64,000 nucleotides of DNA from Thiobacillus sp. (GTDB taxonomy: Bacteria > Pseudomonadota > Gammaproteobacteria > Burkholderiales > Thiobacillaceae): the NCBI GenBank assembly GCA_020724415.1, contig DYHB01000002.1, positions 726-64,725 on the forward strand, given 5' to 3'. The notes beneath the pieces were generated by a model. The model did not search any database, was not told where the DNA came from, and saw nothing but the letters and a program-made list of their open reading frames with translations. Positions 40,514 through 51,419 of this stretch are shown here, piece by piece (the stretch's first letter is position 1; each line of letters begins with the position of its first letter). The translations under genes were made by a program, and so were the position numbers.

Positions 40514-42682
40514 ATGCACATGCCCAATACTGCCCTGGATAGACTGCTGGAAGCCCGCCATCATGATCCCTTCGACCTGCTGGGACTGCACCCGGAGGGT
40601 AACGGTCATGTCCTGCGTGTACTGCGACCCCACGCCGACAGCGTAGCGCTGGTACTGCCGGACGGTGCTGCCACGCTCACGAAGACCGACCCAAGGGGCC
40701 TGTTCACTTGGCAAGGCAAGACGCCACCCGCCCGGCCCTGGACCCTGCGCATCCAGGAGGATGGGCAGGAGTTCGACATCGTCGACCCCTATGCGTTCCT
40801 GCCCATACTCAACGAGGACGAACTGCACCTGTTTGGCGAAGGGCGCCTGCTGGAAGCCTACCAAAGCCTGGGCGGGCTGCCGGCCCGTCACGAGGGCGTG
40901 GACGGCGTCCGTTTTGCGGTTTGGGCGCCCACGGCTGAACGGGTGTCCGTGGTGGGCAGTTTCAATCGCTGGGATGGTCGGGTCCATGCCATGCGCTCCC
41001 GGGGCGGCACCGGGGTCTGGGAGCTGTTCATTCCGGGATTGCGCCCCGGCGATCTTTACAAATACGAGATCCGGAACCGGGACAGCGGCGAAATACGGAT
41101 CAAGACCGATCCCTATGCCCAGTATTTCGAAGCCCGGCCTGGGACCGCCTCCATGATTCCCCATCCCACCCATCACCAATGGCAGGATGGGGCATGGATG
41201 GAGCGGCGGGCCGGCAAGGACTGGCTGCATGCCCCCATGAACGTCTACGAGGTCCATGCCGGATCCTGGCGCCGCCACCCGGATGGCCGGTTCTATACCT
41301 GGCGCGAACTGGCCGACAGCCTGGTACCTTATGTGAAGGACCTGGGCTATACCCACATCGAGTTCCTGCCGGTCACCGAACATCCTCTGGACGAATCCTG
41401 GGGCTACCAGACCACGGGCTATTTTGCGCCCAGCAACCGCTTCGGTACGCCCGACGACCTGCGCCATCTGATCGACGCCTGCCACCAGGCGGACATCGGA
41501 GTGCTGCTGGATTGGGTACCCGGCCACTTCCCCATGGACGACTGGTCCCTGGCCCGCTTCGACGGGACAGCCCTCTACGAGCACCAGGACCCGCGTCTGG
41601 GGGTGCATCAGGACTGGGGCACCTACATCTTCAACTACGGACGGAACGAAGTCCGGGGTTTCTTGCTGGCCAGCGCACATTATTGGCTCAAGGAGTTCCA
41701 TTTCGATGGACTCAGGGTGGATGCCGTGGCCTCCATGCTCTACCTGGACTACTCCCGCAAGGATGGCGAATGGCTGCCCAACAAGTTTGGCGGCCGGGAA
41801 AACCTGGAGGCCATCGACTTTCTGCGCGAAATGAACGCCATGATCCACGAGCGCTTCCCCGGCGCCCTCACCATTGCCGAGGAATCCACCGCCTGGCCCA
41901 TGGTATCCCGTCCCGTGTACCTCGGTGGCCTGGGCTTTTCCATGAAATGGAACATGGGCTGGATGAATGACACCCTGGCTTACATGCACCTGGACCCGGT
42001 CTATCGGCGCTACAACCACAACAACCTCACCTTTGGCCAGCTCTATGCCTATTCCGAGAACTTCGTCCTGCCCTTTTCCCATGATGAAGTGGTGCATGGC
42101 AAGGGTTCCCTGATCGGCAAGATGCCGGGGGATGCCTGGCAGCAATTTGCCAACCTTCGTCTCCTGCTGGCCTATCAGGCCGCCAGTCCGGGCAAGAAAC
42201 TCAACTTCATGGGCAACGAGTGGGGCCATGGCAGGGAATGGTCCAGCCAATGGGAACTGGATTGGGGCCTGCTGCAAACCTCCTGGCACGAGGGCGTACA
42301 GCGTGCGGCCCGGGACTTGAACCGCCTCTACAGAGACCTGCCCCAGTTGCACGAACTGGATTTCCAGTACGAAGGTTTCGCCTGGATCGATTGCCACGAT
42401 GCGGACCAGTCCATCCTGGCCTTCCTGCGCCGGGATCGCCAGGGCCGGGCCATCATTGCCGCCTTCAACTTCACCCCGGTGCCCCGGGACGGCTACCGGG
42501 TAGGCTGCCCCAACGCCGGCTTCTGGCGGGAGATTTTCAACAGCGACTCGGAATGGTACGGCGGCTCCAACCAAGGCAATGGCGTGGGCCTGATCGCCGA
42601 GGACAAACCATGGATGGGCTATGCCCATTCCCTGGTCCTGACCCTGCCACCCCTGGCAGGCGTCATCCTGCATCAGGACTGA
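40514..42682 (+). CDS. glgB: 1,4-alpha-glucan branching enzyme
   Basis: The N-terminus is [13 protein letters not shown]13 motifs are [28 protein letters not shown] and [14 protein letters not shown]. The start could be 40487 (GTG), 40514 or 40520. Confidence 0.93.
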   Translation: MHMPNTALDRLLEARHHDPFDLLGLHPEGNGHVLRVLRPHADSVALVLPDGAATLTKTDPRGLFTWQGKTPPARPWTLRIQEDGQEFDIVDPYAFLPILNEDELHLFGEGRLLEAYQSLGGLPARHEGVDGVRFAVWAPTAERVSVVGSFNRWDGRVHAMRSRGGTGVWELFIPGLRPGDLYKYEIRNRDSGEIRIKTDPYAQYFEARPGTASMIPHPTHHQWQDGAWMERRAGKDWLHAPMNVYEVHAGSWRRHPDGRFYTWRELADSLVPYVKDLGYTHIEFLPVTEHPLDESWGYQTTGYFAPSNRFGTPDDLRHLIDACHQADIGVLLDWVPGHFPMDDWSLARFDGTALYEHQDPRLGVHQDWGTYIFNYGRNEVRGFLLASAHYWLKEFHFDGLRVDAVASMLYLDYSRKDGEWLPNKFGGRENLEAIDFLREMNAMIHERFPGALTIAEESTAWPMVSRPVYLGGLGFSMKWNMGWMNDTLAYMHLDPVYRRYNHNNLTFGQLYAYSENFVLPFSHDEVVHGKGSLIGKMPGDAWQQFANLRLLLAYQAASPGKKLNFMGNEWGHGREWSSQWELDWGLLQTSWHEGVQRAARDLNRLYRDLPQLHELDFQYEGFAWIDCHDADQSILAFLRRDRQGRAIIAAFNFTPVPRDGYRVGCPNAGFWREIFNSDSEWYGGSNQGNGVGLIAEDKPWMGYAHSLVLTLPPLAGVILHQD

Positions 42683-42837
42683 TCCGGAGCAGCGCCTTTG
42701 CTGGCCGGGCATTGGGGGGTCCCGGGCAATTCGTTCTTGTCCGGGGCCGGATCTGCACGGGATGGATGCGAGGACAACAAGGCGGGCGGTTTCGGTTTCT
42801 AGGATAATGGCAAGAACGTCATCCACAGGTACACGTC

Positions 42838-44451
42838 ATGAGCCAAAAACACGCTGCCAACGCTTGGTCCAGTCTCAAAACCCATCGCGCCGCCTGGGGC
42901 AAGACCCATATGCGCGATCTTTTCAGCCGGGACAAGAAGCGTTTCGAGCGGATGTCCCTTCAACTGGATGATCTGCTCCTGGACTACTCCAAAAACCTGG
43001 CCACCTCCGAGAATGGCGTGGAATTGATGCGGGACGCCATGTTCTCGGGCGACCGGATCAACCTGACCGAAGATCGTGCCGTTCTCCACACCGCCCTGCG
43101 CAATCGATCCGACCGCCCCGTCCTGATGGATGGCCAGGACGTCATGCCGGAAGTGCGCCGGGTGCTCACACAGATGCGCCGCTTTGTCGGCCAAGTCCAC
43201 TCCGGACGCTGGAAAGGCTTCACCGGGGGCAAGATCACCGATATCGTCAACATCGGGATTGGCGGCTCGGATCTGGGGCCGGTCATGGTCTGCCAGGCCC
43301 TGGCACCCTATGCCAGGAAAGGCCTGAATGCCCATTTCGTCTCCAACGTGGACCCCTCCCACCTGGCTGAAGTGCTCAAGCGCGTCAAGCCGGAAAGCAC
43401 CCTGTTCGTGATCGCATCAAAAACCTTCACGACCCAGGAAACCCTGGCCAACGCCCATGCCGCCAGGGACTGGTTCCTCAAGGCCGCCAGGAAGCCCGAC
43501 GCGGTGGCCAGGCACTTCGTGGCCGTCTCCACCAATGCAGCCGAAGTCAGCCGCTTCGGCATCGACACCGCCAACATGTTCGGCTTCTGGGACTGGGTGG
43601 GGGGACGCTACTCCCTCTGGTCAGCCATCGGCCTGCCCATTGCGCTGTACCTGGGCATGGACCGCTTCGAGGAACTGCTCACCGGTGCCTACGACATGGA
43701 CGAGCATTTCCGCACTGCCCCCCTGGACAAGAACATGCCGGTGGTGATGGCGCTCCTGGGCATCTGGTACAACAACTTTTGGGATGCCCAGAGCTATGCC
43801 GTGCTGCCCTATGACCAGTACATGAACCGCTTCCCGGCCTACTTGCAACAGCTGGACATGGAATCCAACGGAAAATCGGTCACCCGGGAAGGCAAGGCCG
43901 TGAAGCGCTCCACCGGACCGGTGCTGTTCGGAGAACCCGGCACCAATGGCCAGCATGCCTTCTACCAGCTCATACACCAGGGCACCAAGCTGGTGCCCTG
44001 CGATTTCCTGGCCGCCGCAGAAAGCCACAACCCTGTGGCCGACCAGCATGACATCCTGCTTTCCAACTGCTTCGCCCAGACCGAAGCCCTGATGAAGGGC
44101 AAGACGGCGGATGAAGCGCGGTCCGAGCTGGTCGCCGCAGGGATGAGCAAGACCGACATCAAGGAGTTGCTGCCCCACAAGATATTTCCAGGCAACCGCC
44201 CCACCAATACCCTGCTCTACCGAACCCTCGACCCGCGCACCCTGGGCAAGCTCATCGCCCTCTACGAACACAAGGTCTTTGTCCAGGGCGTGATCTGGAA
44301 CGTCAATTCCTACGACCAGTGGGGTGTGGAGCTGGGCAAACAACTGGCCAAGGCCATCCTGCCCGAAATCAAGGCAGAAACCCCGGCCAAGGGTCATGAT
44401 GCCTCCACCAACGGGCTCATCAACTACTGCAAGAACCTTCGCACCCAGTAA
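42838..44451 (+). CDS. pgi: Glucose-6-phosphate isomerase
   Basis: It contains [41 protein letters not shown] and [15 protein letters not shown]. Confidence 0.96.
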   Translation: MSQKHAANAWSSLKTHRAAWGKTHMRDLFSRDKKRFERMSLQLDDLLLDYSKNLATSENGVELMRDAMFSGDRINLTEDRAVLHTALRNRSDRPVLMDGQDVMPEVRRVLTQMRRFVGQVHSGRWKGFTGGKITDIVNIGIGGSDLGPVMVCQALAPYARKGLNAHFVSNVDPSHLAEVLKRVKPESTLFVIASKTFTTQETLANAHAARDWFLKAARKPDAVARHFVAVSTNAAEVSRFGIDTANMFGFWDWVGGRYSLWSAIGLPIALYLGMDRFEELLTGAYDMDEHFRTAPLDKNMPVVMALLGIWYNNFWDAQSYAVLPYDQYMNRFPAYLQQLDMESNGKSVTREGKAVKRSTGPVLFGEPGTNGQHAFYQLIHQGTKLVPCDFLAAAESHNPVADQHDILLSNCFAQTEALMKGKTADEARSELVAAGMSKTDIKELLPHKIFPGNRPTNTLLYRTLDPRTLGKLIALYEHKVFVQGVIWNVNSYDQWGVELGKQLAKAILPEIKAETPAKGHDASTNGLINYCKNLRTQ

Positions 44452-44456
44452 TCAAC

Positions 44457-45314
44457 ATGGCCAGTACCCAAGCCACCACCAGCCAAACCTTCACCGACCC
44501 GGCCCTGAAAATGGCCATCCGGGTGCCTTCACCGCCGCCCCTGCTCGAGGCTTTGGATCGGATACTGGCTGACCCCATGGCAAGCATGGAGGACATCGGC
44601 AAAGTGGTGCAGACCGACGCCGGTCTCACGGCCAGTCTGTTCCGCACCCTGTCGCGACCCGTCTATGGCCTGCGCCGCCCCCCGGAGACCGTGGCCCAGG
44701 CCATTTCCATCGTGGGCCTCAAGACCGTGGCTGAATTAGTCAAGGGACTCTCCATCCAGAGTGCCATCTATGGCGATTCCAGGTTCTATCCCTGGTTCTG
44801 GGAGCGCGCCAACGATATCGCCCGTTATTCCGGCGCCATTGCCTGGAAGCAACGCAGCGTGTGCAACATATTCCCCGAACACGCCCATTTGGCAGCCCTG
44901 TTCATGAGTTGTGGCGTGCCCATCCTGATCCAGCACATCGACAAGTACGAATATGCCTTTACCACCGCCAACGGCTACATCTGGCCTGACGTTTTCCAGG
45001 AAGACCAGCGTTTCGATACAGATCACGCGGTAGTGGGTTACCTGGCTGCCCGGCACTGGAGACTGCCTGACTACGTGTGCCAGGCCGTGCGCTGGCACCA
45101 GGAACCCGTCAACGTCAACGACAAGGCCGCCACCTTGGTGGCCATCCTGCAAACCGCCACCCACATCTACAATGTGCGAACCCTGAAGGACGACAGTGCC
45201 TGGGCCCGGCACGAAGCCAACGCCCTCGAAGAAATCGGCGTGGCCAGGGACGGACTGGATGAATTCGAGGAAGATGTCATCGATCGGGCAGGCAACCACT
45301 GCGCGCCACCATGA
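44457..45314 (+). CDS. HDOD domain-containing signalling protein
   Basis: It contains PSPPPLLEALDRILADPMASMEDIGKVVQTDAGLTASLFRTLSRPVYGLRRPPETVAQAISIVGLKTV, the typical HDOD N-terminal pattern. It starts 5 nt after the pgi stop. Confidence 0.8.
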   Translation: MASTQATTSQTFTDPALKMAIRVPSPPPLLEALDRILADPMASMEDIGKVVQTDAGLTASLFRTLSRPVYGLRRPPETVAQAISIVGLKTVAELVKGLSIQSAIYGDSRFYPWFWERANDIARYSGAIAWKQRSVCNIFPEHAHLAALFMSCGVPILIQHIDKYEYAFTTANGYIWPDVFQEDQRFDTDHAVVGYLAARHWRLPDYVCQAVRWHQEPVNVNDKAATLVAILQTATHIYNVRTLKDDSAWARHEANALEEIGVARDGLDEFEEDVIDRAGNHCAPP

Positions 45315-45694
45315 CCTACACCCTGCTCAAGCACCTCCACGTCACCACCGTATACCTCACCTTGGCCCTGTTCCTGCTCCGGGGCTTCTGGATGCTGATC
45401 GACTCGCCCCGCCTGGGCCAGCGCTGGGTGCGCATCATCCCCCATGTCAACGACACCATGCTCCTGGCCGCCGCCATCGGCCTGCTGGTCTCTGCCTGGG
45501 GCAATCCCTGGCACCAGCCATGGATCATGGCCAAGATCATCGGCCTTCTGGTCTATATCGGCCTGGGCACTCTCGCCCTGAAGCGCGGACGAACCAAGGC
45601 CCGGCGCATCAGCTTCTTCATGGCTGCCCTGATGGCATTCGCCTATCTGATCTCTGTTGCAGTGACCAAGCAGGCGATCCCCGGCGTCCTGTGA
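45311..45694 (+). CDS. SirB2/YchQ family small inner-membrane protein
   Basis: This 127-aa protein has 4 predicted TM helices and begins MTYTLLKHLHVTTVYLTLALFLLRGFWM...RIIPHVNDTMLL. It has an ATGA overlap with the HDOD gene. Confidence 0.75.
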   Translation: MTYTLLKHLHVTTVYLTLALFLLRGFWMLIDSPRLGQRWVRIIPHVNDTMLLAAAIGLLVSAWGNPWHQPWIMAKIIGLLVYIGLGTLALKRGRTKARRISFFMAALMAFAYLISVAVTKQAIPGVL

Positions 45695-45707
45695 AGTGCG
45701 GACCAAT

Positions 45708-45745
45708 GAAAAAAGCCAGCTTGGTTAGCTGGCTTTCTGTTTTTC
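45708..45745. terminator. Bidirectional rho-independent terminator (SirB2 gene / tRNA-Pro)
   Basis: The sequence is AAAAAAGCCAGCT-tggtt-AGCTGGCTTtctgTTTTT. A 9-bp stem has T-runs on both strands. Confidence 0.8.
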
Positions 45746-45770
45746 GACCCTGGTAAGTCGTTGATTTGTT

Positions 45771-45847
45771 TGGTCGGGGCGAGAAGATTCGAACTTCCGA
45801 CCCCCTGCACCCCATGCAGGTGCGCTACCAGGCTGCGCTACGCCCCG
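45771..45847 (-). tRNA. tRNA-Pro (anticodon GGG), CCA encoded
   Basis: The - strand reads CGGGGCGTAGCGCAGCCTGGTAGCGCACCTGCATGGGGTGCAGGGGGTCGGAAGTTCGAATCTTCTCGCCCCGACCA. The anticodon loop is ATGGGGT. Confidence 0.93.
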
Positions 45848-45950
45848 ACGAGCCCGTCATTATAGCCACAAGAGGGAAGAAAAGAAACGTGTCACATCCA
45901 GGATTTTTTTGCCCGCCGGGGACACCCTGGGCAGGCTTCACAGGCAACGA

Positions 45951-46340
45951 TCAATCCCCCAGCAAGGCGAGTATCTCGGCAATTTCCTGCTTGATGTCCT
46001 TCAGGCTGACGGCTTCCTGCTCGGCAGCCAGGTCCTGAACGTCCGAGGGCGCGGGGGCAACCACAGGTGCATCCGCACCAAGCCTGTTGCGGGCACCGGT
46101 AATGGTGAACCCTTGCTCATAGAGGAGTTCCCGGATGCGCCGCACCAGCATGACTTCATGATGCTGGTAATAGCGGCGGTTGCCACGACGCTTCACGGGT
46201 TTGAGCTGGGCGAACTCCTGTTCCCAATATCGGAGGACATGGGGTTTGACCCCGCAAAGTTCACTCACCTCACCGATGGTGAAATAACGCTTGCTGGGGA
46301 TGGGAGGAAGCTGGCTATTCGGGACGTAATCCTGCTGCAT
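45951..46340 (-). CDS. MerR family transcriptional regulator (short, conserved downstream of ihfA)
   Basis: It has the HTH segment [25 protein letters not shown]...RRGNRRYY. The ATG at 46340 lies 26 nt inside the 3' end of ihfA. Confidence 0.85.
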   Translation of the reverse strand: MQQDYVPNSQLPPIPSKRYFTIGEVSELCGVKPHVLRYWEQEFAQLKPVKRRGNRRYYQHHEVMLVRRIRELLYEQGFTITGARNRLGADAPVVAPAPSDVQDLAAEQEAVSLKDIKQEIAEILALLGD

Positions 46341-46623
46341 AGGCTTCCTCGACCATGGCCTTGAGTTTTTGGCTGGCGTGGAATGTCACCACCCGGCGCG
46401 CCGATATGGGCATTTCTTCGCCTGTCTTGGGATTTCGCCCGGGTCGTTGAGGTTTTTCCCGCAACTGGAAATTGCCGAATCCGGATAGCTTGACGCTGTC
46501 ACCCCGCTCCAGCGCCATGCGAACTTCTTCGAAAAATACCTCAACCATTTCTTTGGCCTCGCGCTTGTTGAGGCCCACGTTGTCAAATAAAAGATTGGCG
46601 AGTTCCGCCTTGGTCAATGTCAT
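46315..46623 (-). CDS. ihfA: Integration host factor subunit alpha
   Basis: It contains [34 protein letters not shown]...[34 protein letters not shown]. Confidence 0.96.
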   Translation of the reverse strand: MTLTKAELANLLFDNVGLNKREAKEMVEVFFEEVRMALERGDSVKLSGFGNFQLREKPQRPGRNPKTGEEMPISARRVVTFHASQKLKAMVEEAYAAGLRPE

Positions 46624-46631
46624 TTTTTCCT

Positions 46632-48986
46632 CTAAGCGCGCAGTACGGCAGCGAACTCGCTGGTCAGGACATCCATGATCCCGGCCATGGCCGATTCAAT
46701 ATCCGCGTCCGTAAGTGTTTTCTCAGTATGTTGTAACAACACCCTGAAAGCAAGGCTCTTTTTCCCGGCTTCTATACCCTGCCCCTGGTACACGTCGAAC
46801 AGGCTGAAGTCGGTGACCAGCTCCGGAATACGGGACTGGACGCTCGCCAGGATTGCCCCGATGGAATGCGTGTCATCCACCACCACGGCCAGGTCTCGGC
46901 GCACGGCGGGAAAGCGCGATACACGCTCATAGCCCGGCAGGGGTCGCGTTGCCAGTCCGTTCCAGTCAAGTTCGAACAGCATGGGGGCCTTGGCCAAGCC
47001 GTATTGCTGGACCAGCCGGGGATGCAGTGCCCCCAGCCAGCCGACGTCCAGTCCATTCACGCGGATCCGTGCGCATTGCCCGGGATGCAGGGCAGGATGC
47101 TCGGCCACCTCGTATTGGGCCAGAACCGGCCAGAACAATGCCTCCAGGTCACCCTTGAGATCATAGAAATCCACGGCCCGTCCTTGAAGGCCCCATTGCT
47201 CGGGTTCTGCAGCGCCATAGGCCAGTCCGGCCAGCTTCAAGGGTTGCTGGTCTGGACCCGTGCCCAAGAAACAGCGGCCGAATTCAAACAGGCGCAAACG
47301 CTCCTGGCCATGGTTGAGGTTGTGACGCAAGGTCTGCAACAGACCTGGCAGCAGGCTGCCCCGCATCACCCCCATTTGGCTGGCGATGGGGTTCAATAGG
47401 GGTATGGCCGTCCGGTCAGGAAACAATTCCCGTTCTGCGGTTTCAGCAATGAAGCTGTAGGTCACGACCTCCTGATAGCCCAGATCGGTCATGTGTTGCT
47501 TGATCCTGGCCACGGAGCGGCGGTCCTCGGGTACCGGCTTGAGGTGGGCCTGGCCCCGGGGTGGCCGGGCCGGGATGTGGTCGTAGCCCTTGAGGCGGGC
47601 CACTTCCTCGATCAGGTCCACCGCCACCGCCAAGTCAAAACGATGACTGGGGGGCATCACCTTCCAGACCTGCCCAGCGGTGTCGACCTGCATGCCCAGG
47701 CGGGACAGATAGGATTCGATCTCGTCATCGGCCAACTCGATGCCCAGCAGGCGGCGGGCCTGATCAGGATTGAAGTCGATGGCTGCCGGTGGGGGCAGCC
47801 CGGGCCCTGCCGTCACGACGGGGCCGGCCATGCCACCACAGATGTCCAGAATCAACCCAGTGGCGCGCGCCATGGCCAGGGCAGGCAGGGTGGCATCCAC
47901 CCCCCGTTCGAAACGGTGGGACGAATCCGTATTGAGGCCATAACGCCTGGCCCGCCCGGCCATGGCCTTGGGCGTGAAATGGGCCGCTTCGAGGAAGATG
48001 TCCGTGGTCTCCGGGGAAACGGCGCTGGCCGCGCCCCCCATGATCCCGGCCAGGGCCAGGGGGCCCTGGTCATCGGCAATGATCAGGGTCTCCGGATCCA
48101 GTTCCACGTTCTCGTCATTGAGCAGGGCCAGATGCTCGCCGGTACGGGCTCGACGCACCACGATGGCCCCCACCCGCTTCGCAAGATCAAAGGCATGCAT
48201 GGGCTCGCCCAGTTCCAGGAGCACGTAATTGGTGACGTCCACCACCGGGTGGATGGCCCGCAAACCCGAACGCTCCAGTCGTCTGGCCATCCAGTCGGGC
48301 GTACTGGCCTTGACATTCAAACCTCGAATGACCCGGCCGCAATAGACCGGACAAGCCTGCTCGTCCTCGACGTGCACGGCCAGGCTTTCGTCGATCTGGG
48401 CCGGAACAGGGGTGCAATCCACCGGGGTCATGGGGGTGGATGTAATCGCTGCCACCTCCCGGGCCACACCGGCCAGGGACAGGCAATCCCCCCGGTTAGG
48501 GGTCATTTTCAGAGTGAAAAGATGGTCATCCAGGGCCAGGTAATCGCGCACGGAGACACCGACCGGCGCCCCCTCGGGAAACTCCAGTATCCCCTCTGCA
48601 GCCGTGCTGATGCCCAGTTCCTTGCCGGAACACAGCATGCCTGACGACTCCACTGAACGCACCTTGGCCTGCTTGATCTCGAACTCCGGCAGGCGTGCCC
48701 CCACCAGGGCACACGCCGTTTTCAGGCCTGGCCGGGCATTGGGCGCCCCGCATACGATTTGCAAAGGCTCCCCTTCCCCGACCGACACCCGGCAAACCTG
48801 GAGACGGTCCGCATTGGGGTGTTTCTCGGCACTCAGGATTTCGGCCACGACCACTCGGGAGAAATCCGGAGCGGCAGGCTGGAGCGATTCCAGTTCCAGG
48901 CCAGCCATGGTCAGGGTGTGGCCCAGGTCTGCCGAATTCAGATCGGGACTGACGAGGCTGCGCAGCCAGTGTTCGGAGAATTGCAT
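46632..48986 (-). CDS. pheT: Phenylalanine--tRNA ligase beta subunit
   Basis: This 784-aa protein begins [12 protein letters not shown]. It has a tRNA-binding domain ([13 protein letters not shown]), B3/4 and B5 domains, and a C-terminal FDX-ACB domain. Confidence 0.96.
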   Translation of the reverse strand: MQFSEHWLRSLVSPDLNSADLGHTLTMAGLELESLQPAAPDFSRVVVAEILSAEKHPNADRLQVCRVSVGEGEPLQIVCGAPNARPGLKTACALVGARLPEFEIKQAKVRSVESSGMLCSGKELGISTAAEGILEFPEGAPVGVSVRDYLALDDHLFTLKMTPNRGDCLSLAGVAREVAAITSTPMTPVDCTPVPAQIDESLAVHVEDEQACPVYCGRVIRGLNVKASTPDWMARRLERSGLRAIHPVVDVTNYVLLELGEPMHAFDLAKRVGAIVVRRARTGEHLALLNDENVELDPETLIIADDQGPLALAGIMGGAASAVSPETTDIFLEAAHFTPKAMAGRARRYGLNTDSSHRFERGVDATLPALAMARATGLILDICGGMAGPVVTAGPGLPPPAAIDFNPDQARRLLGIELADDEIESYLSRLGMQVDTAGQVWKVMPPSHRFDLAVAVDLIEEVARLKGYDHIPARPPRGQAHLKPVPEDRRSVARIKQHMTDLGYQEVVTYSFIAETAERELFPDRTAIPLLNPIASQMGVMRGSLLPGLLQTLRHNLNHGQERLRLFEFGRCFLGTGPDQQPLKLAGLAYGAAEPEQWGLQGRAVDFYDLKGDLEALFWPVLAQYEVAEHPALHPGQCARIRVNGLDVGWLGALHPRLVQQYGLAKAPMLFELDWNGLATRPLPGYERVSRFPAVRRDLAVVVDDTHSIGAILASVQSRIPELVTDFSLFDVYQGQGIEAGKKSLAFRVLLQHTEKTLTDADIESAMAGIMDVLTSEFAAVLRA

Positions 48987-48995
48987 GGTCCTACC

Positions 48996-50076
<1,081 letters not shown>

Positions 50077-50108
50077 CAGCGGTACTCCCAAGGCTTGGGG
50101 CCGACCGC

Positions 50109-50468
50109 TCAGGCGGCCAGGCTGGCCTTGACCTGCTCGACGATCTTGGCAAAGGACGCCTGGTCGGCGATGGCCATGTCGGACAGCACCTTGCGGTCGA
50201 TGTCGATGGAGGCCTTCTTGAGACCACTCATGAACTGGCTGTAGGTGATGCCCAACTCACGGGCGCCGGCGTTGATACGGGCGATCCACAGGGCGCGGAA
50301 CTGGCGCTTGCGCTGACGACGGTCACGGTAGGCATACTGGCCAGCCTTCATCACCGCTTCGTTGGCGACGCGGAATACGTTCTTGCGGCGGCCACGGAAG
50401 CCCTTGGCAGCGTCAAGTACTTTCTTGTGGCTGGCGCGGGCGGTTACACCACGTTTCACTCGAGGCAT
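50109..50468 (-). CDS. rplT: 50S ribosomal protein L20
   Basis: It begins [28 protein letters not shown]... and is 119 aa long. Confidence 0.97.
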   Translation of the reverse strand: MPRVKRGVTARASHKKVLDAAKGFRGRRKNVFRVANEAVMKAGQYAYRDRRQRKRQFRALWIARINAGARELGITYSQFMSGLKKASIDIDRKVLSDMAIADQASFAKIVEQVKASLAA

Positions 50469-50480
50469 GTTCGATCTCCT

Positions 50481-50678
50481 TTACGCGTAGGGCAACATGG
50501 CGCGCACGTGGCCCATGTTGGAAGCGTTGACGGACTCCATGCCACGCAGCTGGCGCTTGCGCTTGGTGGTCTTCTTGGTCAGGATGTGGCGCAGGAAAGC
50601 GTGGCTACGCTTCACGCTGCCGCTGCCACGAACGCGCAGGCGCTTCGCGGCCCCGCTCTTGGTCTTCATCTTGGGCAT
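50481..50678 (-). CDS. rpmI: 50S ribosomal protein L35
   Basis: The ORF was trimmed to [36 protein letters not shown], giving 65 aa. Confidence 0.95.
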   Translation of the reverse strand: MPKMKTKSGAAKRLRVRGSGSVKRSHAFLRHILTKKTTKRKRQLRGMESVNASNMGHVRAMLPYA

Positions 50679-50831
50679 ATCGGGCTCCAATAATTCGATG
50701 CCGTGAGGTGGTTCCCACCGGGAACGCTTGACCGACCTTCCGGCACGTATTCGATGCTGAATGTTCACAAGGCCGCATCCGCCTCGGCGTCCCGACAACC
50801 ATCCGGCTGCCGAAGCGCGTACTGCAAGTCG

Positions 50832-51353
50832 CTACTTCTTTTTCTTGGGGGCGATGACCATGACCATCTGCCGGCCTTCCAGCTTGGGAAACTGCTCCAC
50901 CGTGCCCAATTCCTGCACGTCGGCTTCCACCCGCTTCAACTGGGCCATGCCGAACTCCTGGTGGGCCATTTCACGGCCCCGGAAGCGCAAGGTCACTTTC
51001 ACCTTGTCGCCCTCCTCCAGGAAGCGCGTCATGTTACGCAGCTTGATCTGGTAATCGTTTTCATCCGTTCCGGGCCTGAACTTCACTTCCTTGACCTGGA
51101 TCTGCTTCTGCTTCAGCTTGGCTTCGTGCTGCTTCTTCTGCTCATGGTACTTGTACTTGCCATAGTCCATGATCTTGCAGACCGGGGGCTGTGCCTGGGG
51201 AGCAATCTCCACCAGATCCAGCTCGGCATCTTCCGCCTTGCTGATGGCCTCCCTGAAGCTGACTATGCCCAATTGGGCGCCATCTTCCGCTACGAGTCGA
51301 ACCTGCGGCGCATCGATTTCGCCGTTGATCCGCATTTCCTTGTCCAGTGCGAT
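50832..51353 (-). CDS. infC: Translation initiation factor IF-3, probable non-AUG (ATC) initiation codon
   Basis: The sequence is (I/M)[20 protein letters not shown]...[14 protein letters not shown]... A GGGG Shine-Dalgarno lies 7 nt upstream of the ATC at 51353. The track's TTG at 51359 is only 1 nt from it. Confidence 0.85.
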   Translation of the reverse strand: MALDKEMRINGEIDAPQVRLVAEDGAQLGIVSFREAISKAEDAELDLVEIAPQAQPPVCKIMDYGKYKYHEQKKQHEAKLKQKQIQVKEVKFRPGTDENDYQIKLRNMTRFLEEGDKVKVTLRFRGREMAHQEFGMAQLKRVEADVQELGTVEQFPKLEGRQMVMVIAPKKKK

Positions 51354-51419
51354 GCTCAAGCCCCTTTTAAAAAACTAAGGAGCGGACAGCCATCGTCCGC
51401 CCCTTCTGAATCCGTGTGC

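Noticed and set aside
45900-45945. A GC-rich hairpin with a T7/A7 run between the MerR-like gene and tRNA-Pro.
   Set aside because: The homopolymer run is on the wrong side of the stem for termination of the - strand genes, and the stem is imperfect. It is not supportable as a terminator.
51369-51400. A hairpin GCGGAC-gatggct-GTCCGC followed by a U-run between thrS and infC.
   Set aside because: The U-tract is separated from the stem by 7 nt and overlaps the infC Shine-Dalgarno region. It is too weak to call a terminator or attenuator without data.
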